Assembly: GCA_963705305.1 (NCBI GenBank)
Contig: OY970067.1
Span: 5,440,001-5,504,000 of the forward strand
Origin: an uncultured Methylomirabilota bacterium
GTDB taxonomy: Bacteria; Methylomirabilota; Methylomirabilia; Methylomirabilales; 2-02-FULL-66-22
Direction of reading: 5' to 3'
Length of the DNA stretch: 64,000 nt
Below, piece after piece: positions 27,402 to 38,335 of the stretch. Numbering within the stretch: position 1 is the stretch's first letter; each line of letters begins with the position of its first letter. Under the pieces are notes generated by a model. It was not told the origin of the DNA and made no database searches. It saw only the letters and a program-made list of their open reading frames with translations. The translations under genes were made by a program, and so were the position numbers.

Positions 27402-27694
27402 GCCGACGGAGCTGCCCGACGCCCGGCTGCACCATATTCCTTCCCCCTCGACGAAGCCTGCAGCCGTCCAAGCGGGCGGAGAGGGATGTGTCCGCGCACC
27501 ACCCGGGCTGCTCCTCCACACGGCAGAGTGGTGGCAATGAAGAAGGCGATTGTCGTCACGACCGGCGAATCGAACCGCCTGTTCCCCTGGAGGGCATTCT
27601 CGGGTATGATATGCCGAAATAGGGGGCACCGGGGTCGTAGGGCTGGGCGGCGGGATCGCCCGGTCCGGCCGCAGGTGCGCACTACCCAACGACA

Positions 27695-29818
27695 ATGGAC
27701 ACATTGCGCGCATACCTGCCACGCCTTCTCGACCGGCTCCAACCCACCGAGCGCGTAGTACTCCTCGGGACCTCGATGCTCGTCGGCGCGGGGACCGGCC
27801 TGGGTGCGGTCTTCTTCATCTATCTCATCAGCCTCATCCAGACCGGCTTTTTCGAGAAAGCCGCCGCTCCCTTCGGTTTCCTCGGCCATGGGCTGTTCAT
27901 TCTGGCGCCCGCCGTCGGCGGACTCCTGGCTGGCCCGATAATCGCCTACTACGCCAAGGAGGCCAAGGGACATGGCGTTCCGGAAGTCATGCAGGCGATG
28001 GCGCTGCGCGGCGGGCGGATTCGCCCTCGCGTCGTGCTTGCCAAGGTCGCCGCCTCCGCCCTGTGCATTGGCAGCGGGGGATCTGCCGGTCGCGAGGGTC
28101 CCATCGTACAGGTAGGCGCCGCCCTCGGCTCGACACTCGGCCAGTGGTTCGACCTCTCCGAAGCTCGCATCCAAAACCTGGTGGCCTGCGGCGCAGCCGC
28201 AGGTATCGCCGCCACCTTCAATGCCCCCATCGCCGGCACCCTCTTCGCCATGGAGATCATCCTGGGCGAACTGCGCCTGATGGACATGGGTACCGTGGTG
28301 GTCTCGGCAGTAAGCGGCTCCACCGTGGCACGCGCTTTTCTCGGCCAGCGGCCCGCCTTCTCCATCCCACGCTACACGGTCCTGAATGCCTGGGAGACCC
28401 TATTGTGCGCCCTCCTGGGGCTGCTCGCCGCCCTCGCCGCGATCGGCTTCATCCGCCTCCTGTATTGGTGCGAGGAACAATTCGACCATTGGCGGTTTCC
28501 CGAGGTGCTCAAACCCGGCATGGGGGGCCTGCTCCTTGGTCTGGTGGCCTACGCCTATCCCTATGTCCTCGGCTTGGGATTCGTGCCTGGCATCGACACC
28601 CGTCTCGGCCTCCCGATCTCCGCAAGCATCCCCCATGTCTTTGGGTCGGGGTTCCCCGTGATCGAGAACACCCTCCTGGGGAACTTTTCACTCGGCCTCC
28701 TCCTCGCTCTGATCGTCCTCAAACCCCTCGCGACCTCCCTCACGCTGGGCTCCGGAAATTCGGGCGGGGTGTTCGCGCCGGCTCTCTTCACCGGCGCCGT
28801 TCTCGGCAGCGCCTTCGGGAAGATGATTGGGCTGCTCCTGCCGGGGGTCACGGCCCAGCCGGGAGCTTTCGCCACGGTGGGCATGGCCGCGGTCTTCGCG
28901 GGGGCCGCCCACGCCCCATTCACCGCCATCCTGATCGTCCTGGAAATGACTGACGACTATGGCCTGATCCTCCAGCTGATGACGGGCGTCGTGGCGAGCT
29001 ACCTTGTTTCCGAGTATCTTCACCCCGAGTCCATTTACACGCTCAAGCTCACCCTTCGCGGCATTCGACTGGTCCGCGGGCGCGACGTGGACGCGATGGA
29101 CAGCGTGCGGGTCGAAGAGGTGATGGTTCGGGAGCCGCACACGGTCCCGGCGGACCTGCCCATCAAGTGCCTCGCGAGCGAATTCCTGGAAACGAGCCAG
29201 CACGGTTTCCCGGTCATTGACGTGGATGGGCGCCTTCTGGGGATGGTGTGTGTGGAGGACTACCGCCGCGCCCTGCTCAATGGCGGCCCCCCGACAACCG
29301 AGCTCCTCGTCCGCGATATCGCTTCGCGCGAGCTCGTGACCGCCTACCCCGATGAGACCGTGGGAACCGTCATGCGCCGGATGGCCCCCCGCGACCTCTC
29401 CCGGCTCCCGGTGGTGGAACGGACGAACCCCCATCGCCTCGTCGGGCTCGTACGCCGCAATGACATTGTCCGGGCCCATGACATCGCACTCACGCGGCGG
29501 GCGATTGCGGAACTCTCCCCGACCGAGGGTCGCCTCTGGGCGCGGGCCGCTACGAGCGTAGAGGAGATCCCGGTGGAGCTCGATTCCGCGGCTGCGGGCA
29601 AGCGGGTGGATGAGGTGCCATGGCCCCAGACCTCGGCCCTCGCCCTGATCCAGAGGCAGGGAGAGATGACGGTTCCTCAGGGCGACTCGACCATCGCGAC
29701 CGGGGACGTTCTCATCGTCGTCGGCGACCGCACAGGCTGCGATCAGATCCGTCGGCTCTGTGCCTCCGGGACAATCCGCAGGAACGGCGAAGAACTCCCA
29801 GGCAATAGGGACCGCTGA
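27695..29818 (+). CDS. ClC chloride channel with CBS pair and TrkA-C domain
   Basis: GHGVPEV, GREGP, GGVFAP, SIYT motifs; CBS repeats. Confidence 0.9.
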   Translation: MDTLRAYLPRLLDRLQPTERVVLLGTSMLVGAGTGLGAVFFIYLISLIQTGFFEKAAAPFGFLGHGLFILAPAVGGLLAGPIIAYYAKEAKGHGVPEVMQAMALRGGRIRPRVVLAKVAASALCIGSGGSAGREGPIVQVGAALGSTLGQWFDLSEARIQNLVACGAAAGIAATFNAPIAGTLFAMEIILGELRLMDMGTVVVSAVSGSTVARAFLGQRPAFSIPRYTVLNAWETLLCALLGLLAALAAIGFIRLLYWCEEQFDHWRFPEVLKPGMGGLLLGLVAYAYPYVLGLGFVPGIDTRLGLPISASIPHVFGSGFPVIENTLLGNFSLGLLLALIVLKPLATSLTLGSGNSGGVFAPALFTGAVLGSAFGKMIGLLLPGVTAQPGAFATVGMAAVFAGAAHAPFTAILIVLEMTDDYGLILQLMTGVVASYLVSEYLHPESIYTLKLTLRGIRLVRGRDVDAMDSVRVEEVMVREPHTVPADLPIKCLASEFLETSQHGFPVIDVDGRLLGMVCVEDYRRALLNGGPPTTELLVRDIASRELVTAYPDETVGTVMRRMAPRDLSRLPVVERTNPHRLVGLVRRNDIVRAHDIALTRRAIAELSPTEGRLWARAATSVEEIPVELDSAAAGKRVDEVPWPQTSALALIQRQGEMTVPQGDSTIATGDVLIVVGDRTGCDQIRRLCASGTIRRNGEELPGNRDR

Positions 29819-30147
29819 CGATGTCTCCGCGGGCTCGCGCCCGCAGCGTGCCTGCTCCCCCTCCGTCTCTCTGCTGCCCGCCGGCGACGTGCGGCTCCCC
29901 TTTCCCGCACTGGGGAAGATAGGGTCGACAAATGGGGCCGCGGGAAAGAGGGGGCCAAGAATGGCCAGCCGGCAGGCACTGGACATTCGCCGCTGCGGGC
30001 GCGCGCTGAGCCATACGGTTCCGCAATTCCGGGTGGGCCGAAACCTCGCCTGGAGCGATTCGCCTTGGCTCGATACAATGCGAAAACCGCCGAATGCGGG
30101 CGATCGGAAGCGCGGATTTCTACCTATGGATGAAACGGGAGGCCGGG

Positions 30148-30591
30148 ATGACCCAGCAGGAGGCCAACCAGTGGATCGTTGAACAGGTCTACGCCGCCTT
30201 CGGACGGGGAGACCTGACGCGCATCGTGAACGCCATGGCGGGAGACGTTGAGTGGCGGTGTCCCCGGCTGAGGGATATGCCCTGGGGCGGCGAGCATCGC
30301 GGCCACGGGGGAGTTGCGGAGTTTCTCGAGGCGATCGCCGTGACTCTCACCGTCGAGCGGTTCACGCCGCTGGAGTTCCTGGCCGTGGATGACCGGGTGG
30401 TCGTCTTCGGTCGCGAGCGGATGCGCGTCCGGGCCACCGGCCGGGCGTACGAGGCCGACTGGGTCCACGTCTGGACGGTGCGGGACGGGAAGGTGACACA
30501 CTTCCGCGAGTACACCGACACCGCCGCAATCGTCGAGGCCGCACTGGCGCGGGAGCCGATCCGGGCGGCGGCGCCCCCGGAGGCTCCATGA
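30148..30591 (+). CDS. SnoaL/NTF2-like protein
   Basis: YAAFGRGD, WVHVWTVRDGKVTHFREYTDT. Confidence 0.85.
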   Translation: MTQQEANQWIVEQVYAAFGRGDLTRIVNAMAGDVEWRCPRLRDMPWGGEHRGHGGVAEFLEAIAVTLTVERFTPLEFLAVDDRVVVFGRERMRVRATGRAYEADWVHVWTVRDGKVTHFREYTDTAAIVEAALAREPIRAAAPPEAP

Positions 30592-31271
30592 CCGCTCCCC
30601 GCGGCGGCGGCAGGAGGTTCCTCGACCTCAGCCATGCGATCGAGGCGGGGATGATCACCTACCCCGGCCTCCCCGGCCCGGTGATCGGCGACCATCTCAG
30701 CCGCGAGCAATCGCGCAGTCACTACGGGCCGGGGACGGAGTTTCATATCGGCAAGATCGACATGGTGGCGAACACCGGGACGTACATCGATGCCCCCTTC
30801 CACCGGTACGCCGACCGGCCCGACCTGTCCGGGTTCGCCCTCTCCGCTGTGGCCGATCTGGTAGGCCTCCTGGTCCGCGCTCCCTGGACCGCGGGGCGCG
30901 CCGTGGACCGGCCCGCCCTCGATGGGTGCGACCTGCAGGGAAAGGCCGTCCTAGTGCACACGGGCTGGGACGCGTTCTGGCGGACCGATCGCTACGCCGT
31001 CGGGCACCCGTACCTCACCCGGGGCGCCGCGCAACTTCTGGCGGAGGCCGGCGCCGGACTCGTCGGCATCGACTCGCTGAATATCGACGATACCACCGAC
31101 GCCTGGCGCCCGGCCCACACCATCCTGCTGGCCGCAGGCATCCCCATCGTCGAGCACCTCTGCAACCTGGCCGAGCTGCCGGATCGCGGCTTCCGGTTCT
31201 TCGCGGTGCCCCCCCGGGTGAAGGGCCTGGGATCCTTTCCGGTTCGCGCCTTCGCCATCACGGAGGCCTAG
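30588..31271 (+). CDS. Cyclase family (kynurenine formamidase-like) protein
   Basis: DLSHAI, NTGTYIDAPFH, GIDSLNID, IVEHLCNL. Confidence 0.85.
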   Translation: MTAPRGGGRRFLDLSHAIEAGMITYPGLPGPVIGDHLSREQSRSHYGPGTEFHIGKIDMVANTGTYIDAPFHRYADRPDLSGFALSAVADLVGLLVRAPWTAGRAVDRPALDGCDLQGKAVLVHTGWDAFWRTDRYAVGHPYLTRGAAQLLAEAGAGLVGIDSLNIDDTTDAWRPAHTILLAAGIPIVEHLCNLAELPDRGFRFFAVPPRVKGLGSFPVRAFAITEA

Positions 31272-32175
31272 ATGGGCGCGCCCGCGAAGAAGCCCGTCCC
31301 TTGCCCGGCGCGCCCGGATCCGCTCCTCCCGCGGGGGCGGCGGACGCTCCGGATCGCGTGCGGCGTGTGCCTGCTGCTCCTCGCCGGACCTCCACCCGCG
31401 CTCGCCGCGGACCGGGGGGCGGAGGTGGCCCGGGTGTACGATGGGGACACGGTGCTGCTCCAGGACGGCCGGCACGTCCGGTACCTGGGGATCAACGCCC
31501 CGGAATTCCAGGAGCCCTTCTACCGCAAGGCCAAGCAGTTCAACGAGGCGCTGGTCCTGTATCGGGAGGTCCGCCTCGAGACCGAACGCGAAGCGGTGGA
31601 CGCCTACGATCGCCTGCTGGCCTACGTGTTTGCCGACGATCGAATGGTCAACGCGGCTCTCCTCGAGCGCGGCTTGGCCCACGCGTTCTTCATCGGCCCG
31701 AGGCGCGCGTACGATCAGCTCTTCCTCCGGCTCCAGGCCGAGGCCAAGCGGCGCCGCGTGGGCATGTGGTCGGTCCGGGGGTGGGCCAAGGATTCTCAAG
31801 ATCACCGGCGTCCGCCTCCCCGACCGCGAGCGCCCGGATCTCCACGCGCCCCACGTTCGCATCGCGAATCTCGCGGACGCAACTGTGCGCCTGGACGGGT
31901 ACACGCTCGCCAGCGAGGACGGCCGGCGCTACCGTTTCCCCGATGTGAGCCTCCCCCCGGGCTACACGGTGATCGTGGCCAGCACCCCCGGCCCCGACGG
32001 GCTGGACGCCCGGGGGCAGCTGGTCGTACACTGGCCCCAGCAGGCAGGCGTCTGGGATCCGCAGGAGGACACCGCGATCCTCACCGACGCCGCCGGCCGT
32101 GTCGTCGATACCTTCCACTACAAGGGGAAGCGCGTCAGCCGGTCGCCTCGCCGATCCACGCGGGGCAGCCCCTGA
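31272..32175 (+). CDS. Thermonuclease fused to lamin-tail-like domain; frameshift near 31780-31795
   Basis: YDGDT, VRYLGINAPE, DAYDRLLAYV; +1 frame gives VRIANL...WDPQEDTAILTDAAGRVVD. Confidence 0.75.
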
Positions 32176-32297
32176 GGCCGGCGCCGATCGGCAGCGCGAG
32201 CTGCCGATGCCCGAGCAACCGGTCGAGGGGCCCGAGGAGCCCCGATACGTTGCCGTTGCCGGGGAGGTCCGGCCTTCTGCGCAGGAACCGGGGACCG

Positions 32298-33062
32298 ATG
32301 AGCACCAGCTTCTACTCCGATTTCGCCGACTACTACGAATCCGTCTTCCCCTTCCGGGAAGAGGTGTATGCCTTCCTCAAGAGCGGCTTCCCGGCGGGAA
32401 GTCGCCGCGTCCTGGATGTCGGCTGCGGGACCGGGCACTACTGCGGCCGGCTGGCGGCGGAGGGCTACCAGACGGTGGGAATCGATCTCGATCCGCGGAT
32501 GATCGCCGCCTCCAGCGAACGCTATCCGGCCGCCAGCTTCCGCTGCCTGGACATGCGGGAGGCGGGAGGTCTTGCCGGGATGTTCGATGCCGCTTTCTGC
32601 ATCGGCAACGTGGCGTCCCATCTTACGCGGGCGGAGTTCCGGGCTTTCTTGGCGAGCCTGGTCCGGGTCCTGAGGTCGTCCGGAGTGTGGATTCTCCAGG
32701 TTGTGAATTGGGACTACATCCTCGGCCGCGGCGCGTATCAGTTCCCGCCGCGGACCCTCGACCCGGGGCCCGCCACGTTCTACCGGGACTACCGGGATAT
32801 CTCCGACGACCGAGTCCGCTTCTCCACCCGACTGGCGGCGGGAGGGCGAACGATTTTCGCGGGCGAGGTCTGGCTCCACCCGATCCGGAGCGAGGCGTGC
32901 CTGCGCCTCCACCAGGAGGCGGGCTTCAGCCTGCTCGGACATTTCGCCGATTTCCGTCGGACCCCGTTCGACCCCGCCCGCGACTCGGGAAGTGTGTTCG
33001 TGTTCAGAAAGGCCAAACCGCCGCGGGGGCGGTCCGGGCCGGTCGCCGAGCGCACAGGCTGA
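32298..33062 (+). CDS. Class I SAM-dependent methyltransferase
   Basis: VLDVGCGTG, GIDLD, FCIGN. Confidence 0.85.
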   Translation: MSTSFYSDFADYYESVFPFREEVYAFLKSGFPAGSRRVLDVGCGTGHYCGRLAAEGYQTVGIDLDPRMIAASSERYPAASFRCLDMREAGGLAGMFDAAFCIGNVASHLTRAEFRAFLASLVRVLRSSGVWILQVVNWDYILGRGAYQFPPRTLDPGPATFYRDYRDISDDRVRFSTRLAAGGRTIFAGEVWLHPIRSEACLRLHQEAGFSLLGHFADFRRTPFDPARDSGSVFVFRKAKPPRGRSGPVAERTG

Positions 33063-33099
33063 CCGGACGGCAGCCCGCCGAGGAAAAGGAGACGGTTCC

Positions 33100-33714
33100 A
33101 TGATCGCCAAGCCGGCCGAGACCACGTTCGCCATTCATGACCTGCTTCGGCAGCGCTGGAGCCCGCGGGCCTTCTCCCCGCGGCCGGTCGAGCCCGAAAA
33201 GCTGCAAGGCCTCCTCGAGGCGGCGCGCTGGGCTCCGTCCTGCTTCAACGAGCAGCCCTGGCGCTTCATCGTCTGCACCAAGGACCAGCCGGCCGATCAT
33301 GCGCGCCTGGTCGGCTGCCTGTCCGAGGGAAACCTTCCCTGGGCGCCGCAGGCCCCCGTCCTGATGCTCTCGGTGGCCAAGCTCCAGTTCACCCACAACG
33401 GCCGGCCGAACCGCCACGCCCTGCACGACGTGGGGATGGCCGTCGAGAACCTGGTCATCCAGGCTGTGGCCTTGGGCCTGCATGTCCACCAGATGGCCGG
33501 CTTCGATGCGGCCAAGGCCCGGACCGTGTTCGGCATCCCCGAGGACCACGAGCCCGTGGCGGCCATCGCCCTCGGGTACCAGGGCGACGAGCAGGCGCTG
33601 CCCGCCCAGCTCCGCGAGCGGGAGCTGGCGCCGCGAACGCGCAAGCCCCTGGGGGAGACGGTTTTCGGCGGGCGCTGGGGGGAGGCGTCGGCGCTGGTGG
33701 TCCCCCGCGGCTGA
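33100..33714 (+). CDS. Nitroreductase family protein
   Basis: RWSPRAF, APSCFNEQPW, HQMAGFD. Confidence 0.9.
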   Translation: MIAKPAETTFAIHDLLRQRWSPRAFSPRPVEPEKLQGLLEAARWAPSCFNEQPWRFIVCTKDQPADHARLVGCLSEGNLPWAPQAPVLMLSVAKLQFTHNGRPNRHALHDVGMAVENLVIQAVALGLHVHQMAGFDAAKARTVFGIPEDHEPVAAIALGYQGDEQALPAQLRERELAPRTRKPLGETVFGGRWGEASALVVPRG

Positions 33715-33850
33715 CCGCCAGGCCCTCATCGCGGGAGGCCGTCGGCCCTGCACGGGATCGCCCGCAAGCTGGCGCATCCTTACGCCCTTTCGGGAGCAAT
33801 TGAAGGGAGTCTTGGGGGGCGCGGAGGGGCGAACACAGGAGGAACAACGC

Positions 33851-34969
33851 ATGAGAATCGAGACCCTGGCGGTGCACGCGGGCCACACCATTGACCCCGG
33901 CACGGGCGCAGTCTCCTCGCCGATCCATTTGTCCACCACCTTCGAGCGGGCGGCGGACGGCTCCGTAGCGAAGGGCTACTTCTACTCCCGACACGGGAAC
34001 CCCAACCGGACGGCGCTGGAGGCGTGTCTGGCGGCTCTGGAGGGGGGCGAGGCGGCGGCGGCTTTCGCCTCCGGAGCGGCCGCCACCATGAGCATCCTGC
34101 AGGCGCTGGCCCCGGGTGATCATGTCGTCGCTCCCACCGACGCCTACCACGGCACCACGATCCTGCTGCGCGACATCCTGGGACCGTGGGGGCTCCGTGT
34201 CACCTTTGCAAACATGACCGATCTCGCCGAGGTGCGGCGGGCCGCCTGGCCCGGCACCCGAATGATCTGGGTGGAAACCCCCTCGAACCCGCTTCTGCGA
34301 ATCAGCGACATCGCCGGGATTGCCGATGCGGCTCACGCGGCCGGAGCGTGCTGCGTCGTCGACAACACCTGGGCCACGCCGATCCTCCAGCGCCCGTTCG
34401 AATTGGGGGCCGATCTCATCCTCCACTCCACCACCAAGTACCTCGGCGGCCATTGCGACGTCCTGAGCGGCGCGGTGGTGTCCAGGCGGGATGATGAGTT
34501 TTTCCAACGCCTGAGAAACCTCCAGGCGCAAGGGGGAGCCGTGGCGTCGCCGTTCGACTGCTGGCTGGTCCTGCGGGGGATCCGCACCCTCCCCTACCGC
34601 ATGCGGGGCCATTGCGAGAACGCCCGGCGGGTGGCAGAATTCCTGGCCCGCCACCCCCGTGTGGAGGCCGTGCACTTCCCCGGCCTCCCGACCCACCCCC
34701 ATCACGTCGTCGCGGCAGCACAGATGAGGGACTTCGGCGGGATGCTGTCCTTCCAGGTCGAGGGCGGCAAGGGGGAGGCCCTGGCGGTCGCCGCCAAGGT
34801 CCGGATCATCACGCGGGCCACGAGCCTGGGCGGTCCCGACAGCCTCATCGAGCACCGTGTCTCCGTTGAGCCGCCGGACACGCGGACGCCGCAGAACCTC
34901 TTGCGCCTCTCCGTCGGCCTGGAGCACACGGACGACCTGATCGAGGACCTGGCCCAGGCTCTGGGATGA
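33851..34969 (+). CDS. Cys/Met metabolism PLP enzyme (cystathionine gamma-synthase/lyase family)
   Basis: YSRHGNPN, ETPSNP, DNTWATP, HSTTKYLGGH, SLGG. Confidence 0.9.
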   Translation: MRIETLAVHAGHTIDPGTGAVSSPIHLSTTFERAADGSVAKGYFYSRHGNPNRTALEACLAALEGGEAAAAFASGAAATMSILQALAPGDHVVAPTDAYHGTTILLRDILGPWGLRVTFANMTDLAEVRRAAWPGTRMIWVETPSNPLLRISDIAGIADAAHAAGACCVVDNTWATPILQRPFELGADLILHSTTKYLGGHCDVLSGAVVSRRDDEFFQRLRNLQAQGGAVASPFDCWLVLRGIRTLPYRMRGHCENARRVAEFLARHPRVEAVHFPGLPTHPHHVVAAAQMRDFGGMLSFQVEGGKGEALAVAAKVRIITRATSLGGPDSLIEHRVSVEPPDTRTPQNLLRLSVGLEHTDDLIEDLAQALG

Positions 34970-35012
34970 CGGCGCGCGCGGTACACGAGACCCTCAAGGA
35001 GCGACCAGAGAC

Positions 35013-35843
35013 ATGCAGACACATCCAGATCCTACCCGGAAGGACACAGGCCCCGATCGGCTCCCGCAAATCCTGGCACTGGACTTCGACGGAGTCATCT
35101 GCGACACCGTCCACGAAGGGTTCCGCTCTTCGTGGCAGGTGTGCAGGGAGGTGCGCGGGGCGGGGGGCGCCGCTCCGCCCCCCGGGGCGGAGGAGGCGTT
35201 CGTCCGGCTGCGCCCCATCTTGGAGTACGGCTGGGAGTTCCCCGTCGTCCTGTGCGGAATCCTCGACGGCGTGCCGGAGGCCGACCTCTCCCGGGGCTTT
35301 CAGACGGTTTGGCGGCAGCGAATCGTGGAGAAGTACCGGCTCGGCCCCGCAGACTGGGCAGCGCGCTTCGACGCGGCGCGGGACCGCGCGATCCGGGCCA
35401 GCCTGGACGATTGGCTGGCCGATCAAGGCCTGTATCCCGGCATCGCGGATCGCCTGCGCCGGACTCTCCAGGACGGCGTGCGGCTCTTCGTCATTACCAC
35501 CAAAGAGAGCCGCTTCGCCCACCGCCTGCTGGAGGTCCACGGGGTGTCTCTGCCGATCGCACAGGTGTGGGGGAAGGAGCGCGCTCGCCCGAAACCCGAC
35601 CTGCTGCGCGTCCTGCGGCAGGAGCAGGGGGTGGCCTATACCAGCATCTGGTTCGTCGAGGACCGATTGAAAACTCTGCAGGCCGTCGAGGCCGAGGCGG
35701 ACCTCGACCAGGTGGGACTGTTTTTCGCAACCTGGGGGTACGCCACGCCCGACGACCGCCATAACGCCGCCGCCGATCCCCGGATCGCCCCGCTGACCCT
35801 AGAGCAGTTCCGCGCCGATTTTCCGGCCTGGCAGCGCTCGTAA
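35013..35843 (+). CDS. HAD-family hydrolase
   Basis: LALDFDGVICD, FVEDRLKTL, ATWGY. Confidence 0.85.
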   Translation: MQTHPDPTRKDTGPDRLPQILALDFDGVICDTVHEGFRSSWQVCREVRGAGGAAPPPGAEEAFVRLRPILEYGWEFPVVLCGILDGVPEADLSRGFQTVWRQRIVEKYRLGPADWAARFDAARDRAIRASLDDWLADQGLYPGIADRLRRTLQDGVRLFVITTKESRFAHRLLEVHGVSLPIAQVWGKERARPKPDLLRVLRQEQGVAYTSIWFVEDRLKTLQAVEAEADLDQVGLFFATWGYATPDDRHNAAADPRIAPLTLEQFRADFPAWQRS

Positions 35844-35926
35844 TCAGTGTCGGCGGGGCATTGCGATCTGGAATGCGAGCCCCCGGGGCGCCGCGGCGGG
35901 ATCTGCGGCCCACGCGCGAGGACGGA

Positions 35927-36211
35927 ATGGCGAATCCGAAGGATGGGACCGACCGGCTGATCCAGGCCTGGGACGGGCGGGATTACGAGAAGCATTCGCC
36001 CCACCAGCGGGCCTGGGGCAGCGACGTCGTCACCGAACTCACGCTGGCCGGGGACGAGCGGATCCTGGACCTGGGCTGCGGCGACGGCAGCGTCACGCGC
36101 CGCCTGGCGGAGCAGGTGCCGCGCGGCTTCGTCCCGGGGATCGATGCCGCGCCGGAGATGCTGGAGGCGGCCCGGGAGAAATGCGCCGCCCCTTCCCCAA
36201 TCAAGTGGTAG
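35927..36211 (+). pseudogene. Truncated trans-aconitate-methyltransferase-like gene
   Basis: WDGRDYEKHS...ILDLGCGDG...GIDAAPEML, then stop after about 94 aa. Confidence 0.7.
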
Positions 36212-36299
36212 CGGGAGTGCTCCGGGGTACGCGGCAGCCGGACGGCACGCACGTGGGGCCGTTCCGGCGGATGAACGTGTGGGCACGAACGGGAGCGTG

Positions 36300-36974
36300 A
36301 TGGAAGCGGGCCGCAGGATCCGTTGCGTGCTCTTCGACCTGGACGGGACCCTGGTGAATACCTGGGATCTGTACATCGAGTGCTACCTCTGCACCCTGGA
36401 GCCGTATGCCCGGCGACGGCTGAGCCTGGAAGAGCTGATCGCCCTTGGCCCCACGTCCGAGCTGCGCTTCCTGGGGCGGGGCGTGGCCGGGCAGGACATC
36501 GGGGAGGCGCACCGGGAGTTTCTGCGCCACTACCGTGCTCTCCATCGCCGATTGTTCGGGGGAGTGTACCCAGGCGTTCCCGAGATGCTCGATCGCCTCC
36601 GGCAGAAGAGCGTCATGGTCGGCATCGTGACCGGGAAGAGCCGAGGGGCCTGGGAGATCACCGCGCCGGAGGCGGACCTCGGGGGCTTCGATGTCGTCGT
36701 GACCGACGAGGAGGTCGCACACGCAAAGCCCGATCCCGCGGGGTTGGCCCAGGCCCTCGCGCGCCTTGACGCGACGGCCGGGGAGGCAGTGTACGTGGGG
36801 GACGCGGTGGTGGATGCGCAGGCCGCGCAGGCGGCGGGCATCCGGTTCGCCGCCGCCCTCTGGGCCAAGAGCCGGGACGAGGCGCCGCTGTTCCTGGCCA
36901 AGACGCGCCCGCTGGGGGTGTGGGCCGAGCTGGCGCGGCCCGGCAGCCTTCTCGACGCCCTGGAACGCTCCTAG
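36300..36974 (+). CDS. HAD-family hydrolase
   Basis: FDLDGTL, KPDP, YVGD. Confidence 0.85.
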   Translation: MEAGRRIRCVLFDLDGTLVNTWDLYIECYLCTLEPYARRRLSLEELIALGPTSELRFLGRGVAGQDIGEAHREFLRHYRALHRRLFGGVYPGVPEMLDRLRQKSVMVGIVTGKSRGAWEITAPEADLGGFDVVVTDEEVAHAKPDPAGLAQALARLDATAGEAVYVGDAVVDAQAAQAAGIRFAAALWAKSRDEAPLFLAKTRPLGVWAELARPGSLLDALERS

Positions 36975-37026
36975 CCAGGGGCGGCGCGGGCAGGAACACG
37001 CGGCGCAACAGCGCACCGAGGGAAAG

Positions 37027-37623
37027 ATGCGGACAGGTTTCGTCGTCTTCGATCGGATGACCGCTCTCGACTTCGTAGGAATCTACGACCCGCTCACGCG
37101 GCTGAAATCGATGGGATTCATGCCCGATTTCGGCTGGGAGGTGTGCGGTCTCGCCTCCGAGGTCGAGGACGATCGCGGCCTGCGCCTCCAGATCGGTGCG
37201 GTGGGAGGCTCTCTGGGGGGCTACGATCTTGTGGTCGTTCCGGGCGGCGTGGGAACCAGAGGTGCGATGCGGGAACCGGCCTTCCTGGAATGGCTGCGCA
37301 GCGCCGGCCCGGTGCCGCTCAAGGTCTCTGTCTGTACGGGAGCCCTCCTGCTGGGAGCTGCCGGCTTCCTGGTGGGGAAGCGCGCCACCACCCACCCGAG
37401 CGCCCTCCAGGACCTGGCTCCCATGTGCCGGCAGGTGACCGGCGACCGGATCGTCGACGAGGGGACGGTCATCACCGCCGGCGGAGTCACCGCCGCCCTG
37501 GACGTTGGATTGTACGTGGTGGAAAAGCTGGCCGGCCCGGACGTCGCCTTCCGCATCCGGCGTCAGATGGATTACCCGTATGCGCCGATCCCGGCCGGCA
37601 CCGAACCTCCGCACCCATCGTGA
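37027..37623 (+). CDS. DJ-1/PfpI family protein
   Basis: VVPGG, SVCTGALLL, ATTH, ITAGGV. Confidence 0.9.
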   Translation: MRTGFVVFDRMTALDFVGIYDPLTRLKSMGFMPDFGWEVCGLASEVEDDRGLRLQIGAVGGSLGGYDLVVVPGGVGTRGAMREPAFLEWLRSAGPVPLKVSVCTGALLLGAAGFLVGKRATTHPSALQDLAPMCRQVTGDRIVDEGTVITAGGVTAALDVGLYVVEKLAGPDVAFRIRRQMDYPYAPIPAGTEPPHPS

Positions 37624-38282
37624 AGCACATGCATGTCCTTTTCGACCTCGACGGAACCCTGACGGATTCGCAGGACGGCATCACTCGCTGCATGGTCCAC
37701 GCCCTGACCGCGCTGGGCCGGCACAGCCCCGATCCGGCCGAACTGGTGCGGTTCATCGGGATGCCGCTGGCGGAAGCGTTCGGCGCGCTGCTCCAGACCT
37801 CGGACGCGTCGCTCGTGCGGGAGGCCCTTCGCCTCTACCGGGAGCGTTTTTCCGCGCGGGGGATGTACGAGAATCGGGTCTACCCGGAGATCCCCGACAT
37901 CCTTGCCATCCTGCAATCGCGCGGCGTGGTGCTGTGGGTGGCCACCACCAAGCCGCGGCTTTTCGCAGAGCGGATCCTCGCCCACTTCGGCCTGCAGCCC
38001 CGCTTCCAGGGGGTGTACGGCTCGGAGCTGAGCGGGGAGCGAACCGACAAGGGGGACCTCATCCGGCATCTCCTGACCTCGGAGGGCATTTCCGGGCGTG
38101 AAGCGGTCATGGTGGGCGATCGCGAGCAGGACATCCGCGGGGCCCGCGAGAACGGGGCGGGAGCCATCGGCGTACTGTGGGGCTATGGCACCCGGAAGGA
38201 GTTGCTGTCGGCCCGCCCGGACGCCCTCGCCGAGTTTCCACGCCAGCTGGTCCGATTCGTCGGCCAGCCGGCACGCTGGTGA
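37620..38282 (+). CDS. HAD-family phosphatase
   Basis: FDLDGTLTDS, ATTKP, MVGDR, VLWGYG. Confidence 0.85.
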   Translation: MKHMHVLFDLDGTLTDSQDGITRCMVHALTALGRHSPDPAELVRFIGMPLAEAFGALLQTSDASLVREALRLYRERFSARGMYENRVYPEIPDILAILQSRGVVLWVATTKPRLFAERILAHFGLQPRFQGVYGSELSGERTDKGDLIRHLLTSEGISGREAVMVGDREQDIRGARENGAGAIGVLWGYGTRKELLSARPDALAEFPRQLVRFVGQPARW

Positions 38283-38335
38283 GGCAACCCGGCTGGGATA
38301 CCTCGGTCTGGCTTCTAGGGGAGGCGGAGAACGCA

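Noticed and set aside
27530..27620. Fluoride riboswitch upstream of the ClC gene
   Set aside because: GGCGAT and AACCGCC are present but the GCTRATGAC half is missing; the channel has GREGP/GGVFAP, not fluoride-specific motifs.
31272..33062. 596-aa nuclease-methyltransferase fusion
   Set aside because: Artefact of the frameshift; the linker is out-of-frame lamin-tail sequence and the methyltransferase has its own ATG at 32298.
33715..33850. SAM-I riboswitch upstream of the Cys/Met PLP enzyme
   Set aside because: Only CTCATC and GGCCCTG fragments resemble it; no GCAACC/GTGC core or closing P1.
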